NCBI RefSeq assembly: GCF_006345805.1
Contig: NC_043009.1
Location: 60,884,001-60,948,000, forward strand
Length of the DNA stretch: 64,000 nucleotides
Source of the DNA: Octopus sinensis
Taxonomy: Eukaryota
Direction of reading: 5' to 3'
Positions 38,744 to 51,354 of this stretch are shown here, in pieces; the first letter of the stretch is position 1; every line of letters starts with the position of its first letter. Under the pieces are notes generated by a model. That model was not told where the DNA came from, made no database searches, and saw only the letters and a program-made list of their open reading frames with translations. The translations under genes were made by a program, and so were the position numbers.

Positions 38744-39227
38744 TATTTCTTTACTACCCACAAGGGGCTAAACACAGAGGGGACAAACAAGGACAAACGG
38801 ATTAAGTCGATTACATCGACCCCAGTGCGTAACTGGTACTTATTTAATGGACTCCGAAAGGATGAAAGGCAAAGTCGACCTCAGCGGAATTTGAACTCAG
38901 AACATAGCGGCAGACGAAATACCTATTTCTTTACTACCCACAAGGGGCTAAACACAGAGAGGACAAACAAGGACAGACAAATGGATTAAGTCGATTATAT
39001 CGACCTCAGTGCGTAACTGGTACTTATTTAATCAACCCTGAAAGGATGAAAGGCAAAGTCAACCTCGGCAGAATTTGAACTCAGAACATAGCAACTGGTA
39101 CTTTATTTATCGATCCCGAAAGGATGAAAGGCAAGGTTGACCTCGGCGGAATTTGAACTCAGAACGTAATGGCAGATGAAATACGGCTACGCATTTCGCC
39201 CGGCGTGCTAATGTTTCTGCCAGCTCA
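38744..39227 (-). mobile_element. head-to-tail multimer of the Meta-domain-type SINE inside a piggyBac-type MITE
   Basis: Units begin tatttctttactacccacaagggg at 38744 and 38924; partial third unit; one tRNA head at the right end. Confidence 0.85.
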
Positions 39228-40459
39228 ACCAAAATCAGGCAAGATGGCAAGATGGTGTCAGAGCAGTTGCTATGGCATTGAGATAGATCCAGCCGTCCTT
39301 GTTAACAGGGACAAAACCTGGATTCAAAATGATTGATGGACATCATGAAAATCTCAAAGCTGCAAGATGATGCGTGATTAATTCAAAGCAATGTGAATAA
39401 ACAAACATTACATTTGGAAGAGAAGTCTGGAGGCTAAAGGATTAAAGAACTGGCAGAATCTTCAGCATGCCAGTCGAAACGCATAGCTGCATTTCGTACG
39501 TTCTGAGTTCAAATTCCACCAAGGTCCACTTTGCCTTTCATTCTTTCAGAGGTGAATAAATGTACTTGTTGAGCACTGGGGCCAATTAGTCATCATCATA
39601 ATTTAACGTCCGTTTTCCATGCTAGCATGGGTTGGACGGTTTGACCAGGGTCTGGGAAGCCAGGAGGCCACACCAGGCTCCAGTGTGATCTGGCAATGTT
39701 TCTACAGCTGGATGCCCTTCCTAACGCCAACCACTCCGTGAGTGTAGTGGGTGCTTTTTACGTGCCACTGGCACGGGAGATAGTCAGGCAGTACTGGCAA
39801 TGACCTTGCTCAAATCTTTTTACACATGCTGGCAACGGCCTGTTTCCTAAAATTCCAGGCCTTGTGCCTATTGTAGAAAAGATTATTAACTTAATTATCA
39901 TATTTAATGGATTCAGGTTTAACTTGCCAGATGGAAAGCCCCCTGCGGTCGCATTTGGTTCTACAATAGAAAACCATTTTTGCTATATTTTAAAACTTCT
40001 GTCATCTAAATTAAAGCCTACCTTCATAAACTTTATGTGAGAAACTTTGGGGAAATTGTTTCATACAACTGATGATTTGCCTCTTAATGGAGTTTTCTTG
40101 TTTGAGAAATAACACATTGGTAAAAGAAAGTCAGCAGATTTGAGATGGGCAAAAAAATGATGCTGACGATAATCAGTGAATAGTTTTTACCAAAATCCTA
40201 GATATTTTCAGTCAGCGTAGGGTCTGATAAGAATATGTATGGGCTATGCATTTTGAGGTCAAATAAGACTGACGCATGTCTAGAGTTGTCCCTACATTTG
40301 CTAATGATTAGACCCACTCCATACTACATCCCCCATACCTTTTAATTTTTAATCAATTTAAATTTCAGGGTTGTCTCCCTTACTTCACTGGACAAAAATT
40401 ACCATTAACGCTGAATATCTTTCTTCTCACTACAGCCAAATTTTTTAATGATTAAAAAT

Positions 40460-41018
40460 TTATGGAGGTTTACTATTTTAATACCTACTTAGGGGGTCAC
40501 ATGTCTTGAGACACACGAGGCACTCAAAGTGCACCAGTGACCATAGTTCTTTGCTTCTCTCAATGCTTCGTTCCATGTTCTGTAAATCAGCTGCATGTCC
40601 CTGCTGGTCGTTTGGTGCCAATTTATCTTTGGGCATCCTCTCTGTCCTTTTCGAAAAGTTCTCCACTGAAGGACTTAGTTGGTGAGTCTCTCGCATGGAA
40701 GTTGTATTACCTGACCCACTCAACTCAGATGGCATTTGCACACAATGTTAGACAAAAGATGTTGGTTGGCTTGTTGTCACCCTTTCTGGTTGGTGACTCC
40801 ATTTGATACTCTTTTACTTGCTTCAGTCATTTGACTGCAACCATGCTGGAGCACCGCCTTTATAGTCAAGCAAATCGACCCCAGAGCTTATTCTTTATAA
40901 CCCTAGTACTTATTCTATCGGTTGAACCGCTAAGTTACAGGGACGTAAACACACCAGCATCGGTTGTCAAGTGATGCCGGGGGGACAAACAGACACACAA
41001 ACATACACACACACACAC

Positions 41019-41063
<45 letters not shown>

Positions 41064-41900
41064 GCTTCTTCCAGTTTCTGTCTACCAAATCCACTCACAA
41101 GGCTTTGGTCGGCCTGAGGCTATAGTAGAAGACACTTGCCCAAGGTGCCATGCAGTGGGACTGAACCCAGGACCAGTGATTGGTAAGCTACTTACTCCTG
41201 AATTTTACATATGCATCCAGTCTCTTGTCTTGGGTGATTTTCACCTGCCAAGTTTTGCCCCCATAATTAGAGTAGACAGTACATTACTGTTGCAGAAGCT
41301 CATCTTTGTCCTTAGGTATAACCTTTTGCTCCTCCAGATCTTTTCAAGTTTGGATGAATGCAGCTGATGTTTTGCCTGTCCTACAATCCAACTCCTTATC
41401 CATGTTTCTGTTCCTGTTGATGGAGCTTCTCCAAGGTAAGTGAAATCATCCACAACTTTGGCCTCATTCTATGTGATACAGACATTTGCTGGCGGCAGAC
41501 GAAATCCAACTTGGTTTTCTTGGCATTGATTTGAAGACCTACTTCAAATTCCGCCGAGGTCGACTTTGCCTTTCATCCTTTCGGGGTCAATAAATTAAGT
41601 ACCAGTTATGCACTGGGATCAATATAATCAACTTAATCCATCTGTCTGTCCTTGTTTGTCTTCTCTGTGTTTAGTCCCTTGTGGGTAGTAAAGAAATGGG
41701 TATTGATTTGAAGACCTACACTGGCTGCTGTCAAGCCAAACTTATCTACAAGGAACTACAGTAAATGAGTGTTTTCAATAAGGGCAGCAATGTCACCAGA
41801 AAATTCAAGGCCTGTGAGTTTTTGATCTCCTACCCAACTCATCTCCTTATCTTGTGTTGCCCTCTTGAGCATCCAGTCAATGGCCAAAGCCTGCACTTAA
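40460..41900 (-). pseudogene. decayed RTE-type LINE RT and C-terminus, split by two SINEs
   Basis: LAIDWML...LEFSGDIAAL (FADD decayed), VGLQINAKKTK, DDFTYLG, IWRSKRLYLRTK..CNSNVLSTL, RGCPKINW; the inserted SINE at 41543-41701 has an 18-bp TSD attgatttgaagacctac. Confidence 0.75.
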
Positions 41901-42509
41901 CTAAACGAAGTAGCTGTCACTGATTTTGTCATGTTCATTTGCTTGCTTACTTCAGTGTTATCTCAGAAACTACTTCTATAACCACTGATGTTTAAGAAAC
42001 TTCTTTAAAAGCCACTGATATCTTAGAGACTACCTTAGTGTTTACTCCGATATCTCAAATACAAATGAGGCCAAGTAAAAGAGAATTTTTTTTTGTGGTC
42101 AATTTTGCTTTTTATCAAATTACTTTTTTTTATTAAGTAAGCAGGCCAGACCTATTTCTTGTATCATATCAGATATATAGAATGAAATCTGTGGACTTGG
42201 AATACAAAATACAATAAAATGAAGTCTCACAAATCTACGCAGCAAAACAATTGCACTGTAGATTTTTCTGTCAGCATTGTAGTAGATTTTTAGCCTCAGG
42301 TCAGCTCTGATTGTGCAGGTCAAAAGATCAAAAGCATTTTAGCCCTGACCATCCTATCTTTATAAGGGTATTTAAGATTACATTACATAACATGCTCTTC
42401 CGATAACTAAGATGATAGAATGCAATTTGAGAGAAATTTGGCTTCTACTTCTAGCAAGTAAAGAGGCCTCCTCCTCCTCCTATTGTTGAATTGCTATAAT
42501 AATTAGTAT

Positions 42510-42639
42510 TGCTTGCCAACCACATGGTCCCGGGTTCAGTCCCACTGCGTGGCACCTTGGGCAAGTGTCTTCTACTATAGCCTTGGGCCGACCAAAGCCT
42601 TATGAGTGGATTTGGTAGACAGAAACGAAAAGAATCCCG

Positions 42640-42687
<48 letters not shown>

Positions 42688-42900
42688 GTGTGTATATGTT
42701 TGTGTGTCTGTGTTTGTGCCCCCAACATTGCTTGACAACCGATGCTGGTGTGTTTACGTCCCCGTAACTTGGCAGTTTGGTAAAAGAGACCGATAGAATA
42801 AGTACTAGGCTTACAAAGAATAAGTCCTGAGGTCAACTTGCTCAACTAAAGGTAGTGCTCCAGCATGGCTGCAGCCAAATGACTGAAACAAGTTAAAGAA
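42510..42900 (+). mobile_element. family A SINE, plus orientation, 5' truncated
   Basis: Reverse complement of the 6040-6421 family. Confidence 0.85.
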
Positions 42901-43595
42901 TATATAGGGGAAAATTCTTTTTGATTTTATTTATCGACTTTTTGGTTAATATTCTTTTCAATTATATAATGAAAATTAAAGGTGAGCGAGTGTATGTTTG
43001 TTCCTTCAGCATTTAAACCAGTCATATCTGGCCAAAAAGTTCTGCCCATTTTATGTTCAAACTGGCCATATCTAGCTTTTCACACCTACCTTACAATGTC
43101 ATTCTAAGAAATAAACACTCACATCACTGAAAGTTTGAAGTTATGAGATTATGCAAGATTAATTCAAAACAATGTGAATAAATAAGCATTGCATTTCACA
43201 AACTAACCTGAATGCGGCAAGACTTCTGCTCCACACCCCCAAAAGACCCTTTTTTTTAAACATTTTTTTGACACAACTCCTACCCTTTGGCTATGGGGAA
43301 TACAAATCTGCAAAAAAATTAACAAAAATCAGCATTTTTAAATTACCACCTCCACCCCCATTTCCTTCATTTTTTATTTTTTCCAAAATATGCAGAAAAA
43401 TATGGAGATTAGGATTCTGAAAATAATTTCCAAAATTTTTGCAAAATTTTCTTTTAAGAATTTTTTTCTTTTTTATAAATATGTGGAAAAATACAGACTT
43501 TCCGATTCTGACAAAAATTTCAAAACATTTCTGTAGTTACAGGTAAGGTTAGGGTTTTAGGATTAGGATTAGGGTTAGGGTTAAGAGAAAAAAAG

Positions 43596-43787
43596 TCTCC
43601 CATGACTTTCGGAAACATTTTTTCACGCTCAGAGTTGCTGAAGCATGGAATAAACTGCCTGCGTCAGTTGTTGACTGCCATGACACTGCATCTTTTAAGG
43701 CCCTCATGCTTTCCGAAATCCGCCGAAACTACACCTGATTATATATACACTTTAGATGAGTTGTAGTGCACCTGAGCACTGTACACA

Positions 43788-43822
<35 letters not shown>
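43596..43822 (+). mobile_element. CR1-type LINE 3' end with (ATT)n tail
   Basis: HDFRKHFFTLRVAEAWNKLPASVV..TASFK; same family at 57001-57325 and 58960-59275. Confidence 0.8.
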
Positions 43823-43825
<3 letters not shown>

Positions 43826-43826
<1 letters not shown>

Positions 43827-44043
43827 CCTTTCATTCCCGAATTTATTTTGAGATGCTCTGTGTTTCTTTCAATTATTTTAAATATAACAAAGAATTTAGT
43901 AAAATAACTTAGTTATCATTTAGCTAGTGTTAGGAACATAAATTGTGACTAAGGTTTGGTGGAAGATTTTAATTCAAAACTTAAGAAAACAAGACATTTC
44001 TACAGAGTGAGAGGCGGTTTTGGTCGGGTTGGTAATGAAAGGG
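43826..44043. mobile_element. piggyBac-type MITE (TTAA target)
   Basis: TTAA-ccctttcatt ... aatgaaaggg-TTAA. Confidence 0.8.
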
Positions 44044-44160
44044 TTAAGAAATGGAGGGAGTGGGGATTTCACAATGCCAATTTTTGGCAATTTTTCGGAA
44101 TTTACATTCTGTAAATTAGTGGTTTGGCAAAGGAGACCAATAGAATAATACCAAGTTTAA

Positions 44161-44379
44161 CCCTTTAGTGTTCAGATTATTCTATCAAACATAATACTTA
44201 TTGATTCCCATTGATTTGAATTAATCATGCATTATCTCATATCTTCAAGATCTTGATGGTGTAATTACTTAATGTAGAATAACATTGTAGGGTAGGTGTG
44301 AGGACCTGGACCTGGTCAGTTTGAACATAAAACAGTTTAGCTATTTTGGCCGGATATGGCTGGTTTAAATACTAAAGGG
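44161..44379. mobile_element. piggyBac-type MITE, second family
   Basis: TTAA-ccctttag ... ctaaaggg-TTAA; related copies near 14.6-14.8, 16.25-16.49, 43.0-43.2, 62.2-62.65 and 63.3-63.49 kb. Confidence 0.8.
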
Positions 44380-45874
44380 TTAAAGTAATTAAGTATTGGG
44401 GTGAATTCATTAAACAAAAATATTCTTCAAGGCAATGCCCCAACATGGTCACAATCTAATGAATGAAACCAGTAAAAGATAAGAGATAGCATGGAATTTT
44501 GATGGAGGGTTTTAATTTAAACCATTTAAAACAGGAAGTTTGTATCATAGAAGCAGAAACAGTCTCGGGTGAATTGGTATCAAAAAGGGTTAATGAAGAA
44601 TTACGCATTTAGAAACTCAGCCACTGCAATCTTGAATCTACTTTAGGCTGTCTTCAAACTTGCTACACCTGTCACGTGTTCCTTGAATTAAATGCAGAAT
44701 ATAGTGATGAGTTGACAAACATTAACTGACAGTAATTATACGGTTCTCCTTGCAGCACATGACTCAATCTATTGTTGCAGATATAGAGAGAGAAATATTT
44801 TTAGAATACGGTTGGGTAGAAAGTATGTCAGAAGTCTAATTGACAATTCAGTGATTGTGATGATGGCGATGACGAGAAGAAGATTGAGGGTAAGAAATTA
44901 TGAAATTATCTATGTAGCTATATGTTCTTTTATTCTTTTATTTGTTTTGGTCATTTGACTGAGGCCATGCTGGAGCACTGCCTTTAGTCGAAATAAATTG
45001 ACACCAGGACTTATCTTTTGTAAGCCTAGTACTTATTCTATCAGTCTCTTTTGCCAAACCTCTAAGTTATGGATGAATAGACGCACCAACATTGGCGATG
45101 TTGTGGGGGCAAACACAGACACACAAACATGTACACCTGCATACACACACACATATACATATACGATAGACTTATTTCAGTTTCCATCTACCAAATCCAC
45201 TCACAAGGCTTTAGTCAGCTCAAGGCTATACAAGGAGACACTTGCCCAAGGTGCCACACTGGGACTGAACCTGGAACCATGTGGTTGGTAAGCAAGCTAC
45301 TTACTACACAGCCACACAGATCATAAGAATTTTATAAACTTCCAAGAGAACTTTAAATAAATTTTTTGGGGTGGGGTAGTGGATTTCAAAGCACACCTAT
45401 TTACATGCTATTATTTATAGCTCTAAATAAGGTGGTGAGCTGGCAGAATCGTTAGCATGCTGGGCAAAATGCTTAGCAATATTTTGTTCATCTTTAAGTT
45501 CCGAGTTCAAATTAAATTAAGGCTGACTTAACCTTTCATCTTTTTAGTCTCTTTTGCTGAACTGCTAAGTTACATGGACTTAAACACACCAACACCGGTT
45601 GTTAAGTGGTGGTAGAGGACACACACACACACACACTCACAAAAAGACACATACACGCACACACAAAAAGACACATACACGCACACACACATATAGTTAC
45701 ACGAGGCACTCTTTTCAGTTTCCATCTACCAAATTCCCACACAAGGTTGTGGTCAACCCAAGGCTACAGTAGAAGACATTTGTTCAAGGTGCCACACTGT
45801 GGGACTGAAACCAAATCCATGTGGTTGGGAAACAAATGTCTTACCACACAGCCATGCCTGAGCCAATATATATA

Positions 45875-46420
45875 TCATCACCATTGTTTAATGTCTGCTT
45901 TCCATGCTGGCATGAGTTGGACAGTTTGACTGAGGACTGGTGAGCCAAGAGGCTGCACCAAGCTCCAATCTGATCTGGCAAGGTTTCTATAGCTTGATGC
46001 CCTTCCTGATGCCAACCACTCCGAGAGTGTAGTGGGTGCTTTTTACGTGTCACCAGTATGGCTACCAGTCAGGCAGCACTGGCATTGGTCAAGCGCAAAT
46101 GGTGCATTTTATGTGCCACCAACATGGGTGTCAGTCAGGCAGCACTGGCATCGACCACACTTGAATGTTGCTTTTTACATGCCACTGGCACAGGTGCCGG
46201 TTAGGTGGTACGGGCATCGGCCGCGACTATGATTTCACTTGGCTCAGCAGGTTTTCTCAAGCACAGCATATTGCCCGACGATTGAAGGGTACTTTTAAAT
46301 GGGCCAGTTATGCGACACTGGCACTGACCCCAGCCACGATCTCACTTGCCTTGCTGGGTCTTCTCAAGCACAGCATATTTCCAAAGGTCTCAGTCGTTTG
46401 TCATTACCTCTTCTACTATA
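45875..46420 (-). mobile_element. longer family D element
   Basis: Reverse complement of the family D consensus with internal tandem units. Confidence 0.7.
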
Positions 46421-47692
46421 GCCTCAAGCAAACCAAAGCCTTGTGAGAGGATTTGGTAGACAGAAACTGAAAGAAGTCCATTGTATATGTATATATGTGT
46501 GTATGTATGTGTTTGTGTTGGTGTTTGTCCTTCGACCCACCCATCGCCTAACAACTGATGTTAGTGTGTTTACATTCCCATAACTTAGCAGTTCAGCAGT
46601 AAATACTGATAGAATAAATACTAGGCTTACAAAGAATAAGTCCTGGGGTCAACTTCTCTGACTAAGACCCATTAAGGTGGTGCTCCAGCATGGCCACAGT
46701 CAAATAACTGAAACATGTAAATGAATAAAAGGATACCTACTGGCATTACATGGACCGCACTGTTGGTTGACAGTTTAGCGTGTCAATTCATGGACATAAT
46801 ACAATGAACTATATACCACATTGTGACATCTACAGCAAAGTGGATTAGGGTGTTCATATTTAAGTGTTTTAGTCATGTTTACACTATAATGAACCAAGAA
46901 GAAGGGTGAGTGTCCTTGCCTGACCTTGTTGGCTGGTTGTCATGTAGCCAAGCGATTAATCTAATGGCATATCAACTATCGCTATACCATTCTGTAACAT
47001 CCACAAATATGAAAGCTATCTACATATAAAGCTAAATGATAAAGACTACTTCTAATTTTCTGGCTTCAACCAGTTCTCTTCCCCACTCTTTTCTTGTGTC
47101 ATAAATTATGTTGGGACAGTCATGGACTTCACAGCTGCATCAATAATAAAAATAAAAAATAAATAAATGCGCCCTTTTTAAAGCCTAGCCAGGCTCATGG
47201 GCCTGGTTTCCCGGTTTCTATGGCATATGTGTTCCCTAGCTGGACGGGACGCCAGTCCATCGCAGCGTTACTCATTTTTGCCAGCTGAGTGGACTGGAGC
47301 AACGTGAAATGAAGTGTTTTGCTCAAGAACACAACGCATCGCTTGGTGCAGAAATCGAAACCACAATCTTACAATCATGATGCTGACACCCTAACCACTA
47401 AGCCACGCACCTCCACCATCAATAATAAACAGGACATTAACTGCACCCACCTATTACAATTTCCTTGCTTATTAATGCCATTAGCAGTAGTAATAGTGGA
47501 GGTGGTGGTGGTAGTAGTAGTAGTTGTAACTTGTGCTAATAAGTTATGGAAATTGTGGCAGTGGTAATGTATCATATTGTACCACTGATAATTAACTTTG
47601 TGTTACCATATTTCATGAACAGAGTATCACAATGTTGAGAAGAAATAATTAGGAGGTAAGAAAAGAAGATTATTAGTCAATAAGTTATATTT

Positions 47693-47786
47693 TATTTCAA
47701 CAAGTATGGGCGATAACTGTAGACATGTTTCAGTCTTTTTATGACTTCATCAGCAAAGCATAAATTTCACCATACTTGTGGAAATA
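47693..47786 (-). ncRNA. type I hammerhead ribozyme (minimal palindromic stem III)
   Basis: Minus strand CUGAUGA-AGUC-auaaaaa-GACU-GAA-ACAUGU-C; predicted cleavage after GUC (between 47722 and 47721); distal stem I 47770-47786/47693-47709 pairs 16 of 17. Confidence 0.75.
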
Positions 47787-48111
47787 GCAATGAAAGAATC
47801 ACAAAATAAATGCACAAAATGAACATTGGTTGACATAGGCCAACAAAAAACAATTATTAAGGGGATAAATCATTCTGAGTTAACTTTTTAATGCTTCAAG
47901 AATTAAATGTTTTAAATGCTTCAAGAATTAAATTAAATTAAAAGTAATTAATACACTGACAATCAACTTTCCTTTTATTACTGTTTTTTTTTTTAACTTG
48001 TAAATTTCTTTTTGACTATCAAATTTGATATAATACCAAGCTGACACCAGATTGCACACAGACTAAATTCTTTTTTTAAATATATCAGTGCAAACATCCC
48101 ATTTTACACAT

Positions 48112-48510
48112 TACTAACAGTATAGCCCAGCGTTGCTCGGGTTTGTTTTCTTTTCAACCCTTTAGAATTGGAATTTTTGAAAAGAAAAAATTTTGCATTA
48201 TGTAGCTTGTTATTCTCTTTAAGTGAACATTTTTCTGGTTGAAATACACCGAAAAATGGTGACACAGCAGTCAAAAATTCATAAAAAATAGGGTTTTTCA
48301 TAGAAAAAAAGCACCTTTTTGATGTAAATAATTTTTGGTGTTAACATGGTCCGATTTGAATTTTTTCTTTTGCAGAAGGAAGAGCAAGCCTTCTTCTATC
48401 ATACTCTCAGTTTTGGTCAACTTGCGCCACAGGGTCTCGGAGGTGATAGTGTTAGTTGAAGGCTACCAAACCTGCCCTACACAGACAACTTCAGCTTTAT
48501 GTATATAGAT
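48112..48510 (+). mobile_element. non-autonomous Helentron/HINE-like element
   Basis: Starts tactaacagtatagcccagcgttgctcggg and ends cagctttatgtatatagat, termini typical of DINE/HINE-type elements. Confidence 0.6.
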
Positions 48511-48944
48511 TATAGCTTAGAAAAACGAACAAAAAAGATCTCACTCAAGCTACTGAAAACATGACTTGGAAATATTTCTGAGAAGTAACTTGTATGAATG
48601 GAGAAGGAGATGGTAGGAGCACTGTGAGAACTATGTACGTATGTGGTCAGCTTTGCTTCCGGTCCAGCAGACAGTGCGATGTGGTGAGTAATGTGGGGGA
48701 GGACAGTGTGACATGTTTCAACAAATCAAAACATGTCAGCAGACAGCTGTTGCTACAACTTTGAAACGGCGTGGGTGAGTGGTGGGGGCGGTGTGGTTTC
48801 AAACTGAAATAAATTTCTTGCTCTATTTATTCCAGTAAATTATATTCAATATGAGTGTGTCTCTTTCAAAGCAACTGTGGTATAAAGTTGTGAATGTCAG
48901 TATGTATATCTGTAGGCACCCACATACACACAAAAATGTATGTC

Positions 48945-49390
48945 ATCATCATCATCATCATCGTTTAACGTCCGCTTTCCATGCCAGCATGGGTTGGATG
49001 ATTTAACTGAGGTCTGGTGAACCACATGGCTGCACCAGGCTCCAATCTGATATGGCAGAGTTTCTACAGCTGGATGCCCTTCCTAACGCCAACCACTCTG
49101 AGAGTGTAGTGGTTGCTTTTACATGCCACCGACACGAGGGCCAGTTAGGTGGTACTGGCAATGGGCACGCTCAAATGGTGCTTTTTATGTGCCACCTGTA
49201 CAGGAGCCAGTCCAGCGGCACCGGCAACGACCTCGCTCGAATGCTTTTTCAGGTGCCACCAGCACAAGTGCCAGTAAGGCAACACAGGTAATGATCACGC
49301 TCGAATGGTGCTTTTTACGTGCCACCAGCACGGACGCCAGCTTGTTGCTCTGGCAACGATCACACTCGGATGATGATGATGATGATGATG
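48945..49390 (-). mobile_element. family D element between (CAT)n and (GAT)n tracts
   Basis: Close match to the 62840-63295 copy in reverse. Confidence 0.8.
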
Positions 49391-50053
49391 ATGATGAAAC
49401 ACATGCATATGACAGGCTTCTTCCAGTTTCCATCTACCAAATCCACTCACAAGGCTTTGGTCAGTTCGGGGCTATGATACAAGGCACTTAGTGAAAATGC
49501 AATGCTATGTAGTGGGACTGAACCTGGAACCTCTTGGTCAGGAAGCAAACTTGTCACCACACAGCCAAAGCTGTACCTATATATGAAGCTTTCTCAGTTT
49601 GAGCCTTGTTACTGCTATTGATTGTAGGCGATGGTGATGCTGCTGCTGATGGTTTTTAATTGATTAACTTTCTTTTTATGTTTCATCATTTTACCTACAG
49701 ACGTTCTTTCTTTCTTTCTCTCTCTCTCTCTCTCTCTCTTGGGAACCTACTTTTATTGTACATGAGTTGTGTTGGCGTGGGGGGGGGGGGGGTTCAACAT
49801 ATGTAACAATATCTTCAAACAACAACCGACTTGCTTTTATGCCTGAAGAAGCACGTGAAAAAGCTTAGTCAACAAACAATAGATAAAGTATGATTGGTTT
49901 CTGGTTCGCTTTGTGTAAATCCCCGTATTTATATGTCTTCATTCTCATGAGGTCAATAAAATAAATACTGGATTCTGTGCAATCAATTATATCAAAGAGG
50001 GCAGTGCTCCAGCTTGGTCACAATTTATACACACACACACACATATGCATATA

Positions 50054-51289
50054 CACTATGTGATCAAAAGTGTCCAAAAACCCCAATGATGATGAAGTAC
50101 AAGTTTGGACTACCCTCCATCAGGAACACTGGTACAGTGTTGACCCACCCTAAGCCTTGACAATAACCTTCACTCTCAATCAGGTGGTGGAAGGTTTCCT
50201 GGGGAATGACAACCCATTCTTCACAGAGTGCCAAAATAAGCAAGGGTATCGATGTGGGTCGGTGTGGTCCAGCACAAAGTCACCATTCCAAAACATTCCA
50301 GAGATGTGCGAAGGGATTTAAATCGGGACTCTGCACAGGCCGGTCCCTTAGTGGGATGTTGTTGTTGTTGTCAAACCGCTCCCCTACAAACCCTGCAGTA
50401 TGGATGGGTACTTTGGTTGCTTTGAAAGACACAATGGTCATTCCTGAACTGATCTTCAATGGTAGGCAACATGAAAGTGGTTAAAAAATCAGTGTAAGCT
50501 TGTGCTGTCACAATGCCCTGTAAAGCAACAAAAGGACCAAGCCTCCTCTAGGGGAAACATGACCCCCACCACTGCCAAAATTCAATGTCAGCACTATACA
50601 GGCTGGTGCATATCATTCACCAGGTATTCATCACACCATACTCTACCATCTGATCACCACATTGTGTACTGTGATTCATCACTCCATATGATGGTTTTCC
50701 ACTGTTCTATAGTTTAGTTTCAATGCTCTTTACACCATGCGAGGTGGCATTGGGCATTTGTCTGTGTGATGTGTGGCTTATGGGCAGTTGCTCTTTCATG
50801 CGAACCAAGTTTCCGCACCTCGCACCAAACAGTCATTCATGGTGCTTGGAGTAGATCCTGCTGCAGTTTGGAATTCTTATGTGATGGTGGTGAGGGAAGA
50901 TAGATGATTATGCTGTACGACACTCTTCAACACTTGATAGTCTTTAGGGGTTAACAGGGGTGGTTGGTCTGAATGCTTTTCAGTTGTATATGTCCCTTCA
51001 CATTTCCACTTCACTATTACCTCAAAAACAATGGACCTAGAGATGTTCAGGAGAGTGGAAATCTCATGCACAGGCTTACTAGACAAGTGGCACCCAACCA
51101 CCTGACCATGATGAAAGTCTGTTAGCTCTTCAGAGCAACCCATTCTGCTGCCTAGCATTGTCTTCTGGAAACTGAAATCGCTGACCATATAGTAAATGGT
51201 AGTACTGTGGCACCCTCTGTGATCTACTGTGTCACCTTCTACAATAAATGTGTTTTGCAGGGTGTCATGATACTTCTGATCACATAGTT
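50054..51289 (-). mobile_element. near full-length decayed Tc1 transposon
   Basis: TIRs cactatgtgatcaaaagt / acttctgatcacatagt with TA flanks; transposase from ATG at 51143 (MGCSEELTDFHHGQVVGCHLSSKPVHEISTLL...) to QSPDLNPFAHLW, with stops and frameshifts. Confidence 0.9.
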
Positions 51290-51354
51290 TATGTATGTGT
51301 GTATATATATGTGTGTGTGTGTGCACGTTGGTAAAAAGAACCAGCATAAAACAT

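Noticed and set aside
48700-48745. GAAACATGTC on the minus strand, same as the 47.7-kb hammerhead stem III
   Set aside because: The upstream sequence is CTGACATG, not CUGANGA, and there is no stem II; it is a short gacatgttt/aaacatgtc hairpin.
49825-49875. CTGAAGA...GAAAA as a hammerhead core
   Set aside because: Stem II cannot form, and there is no stem III or UH triplet.
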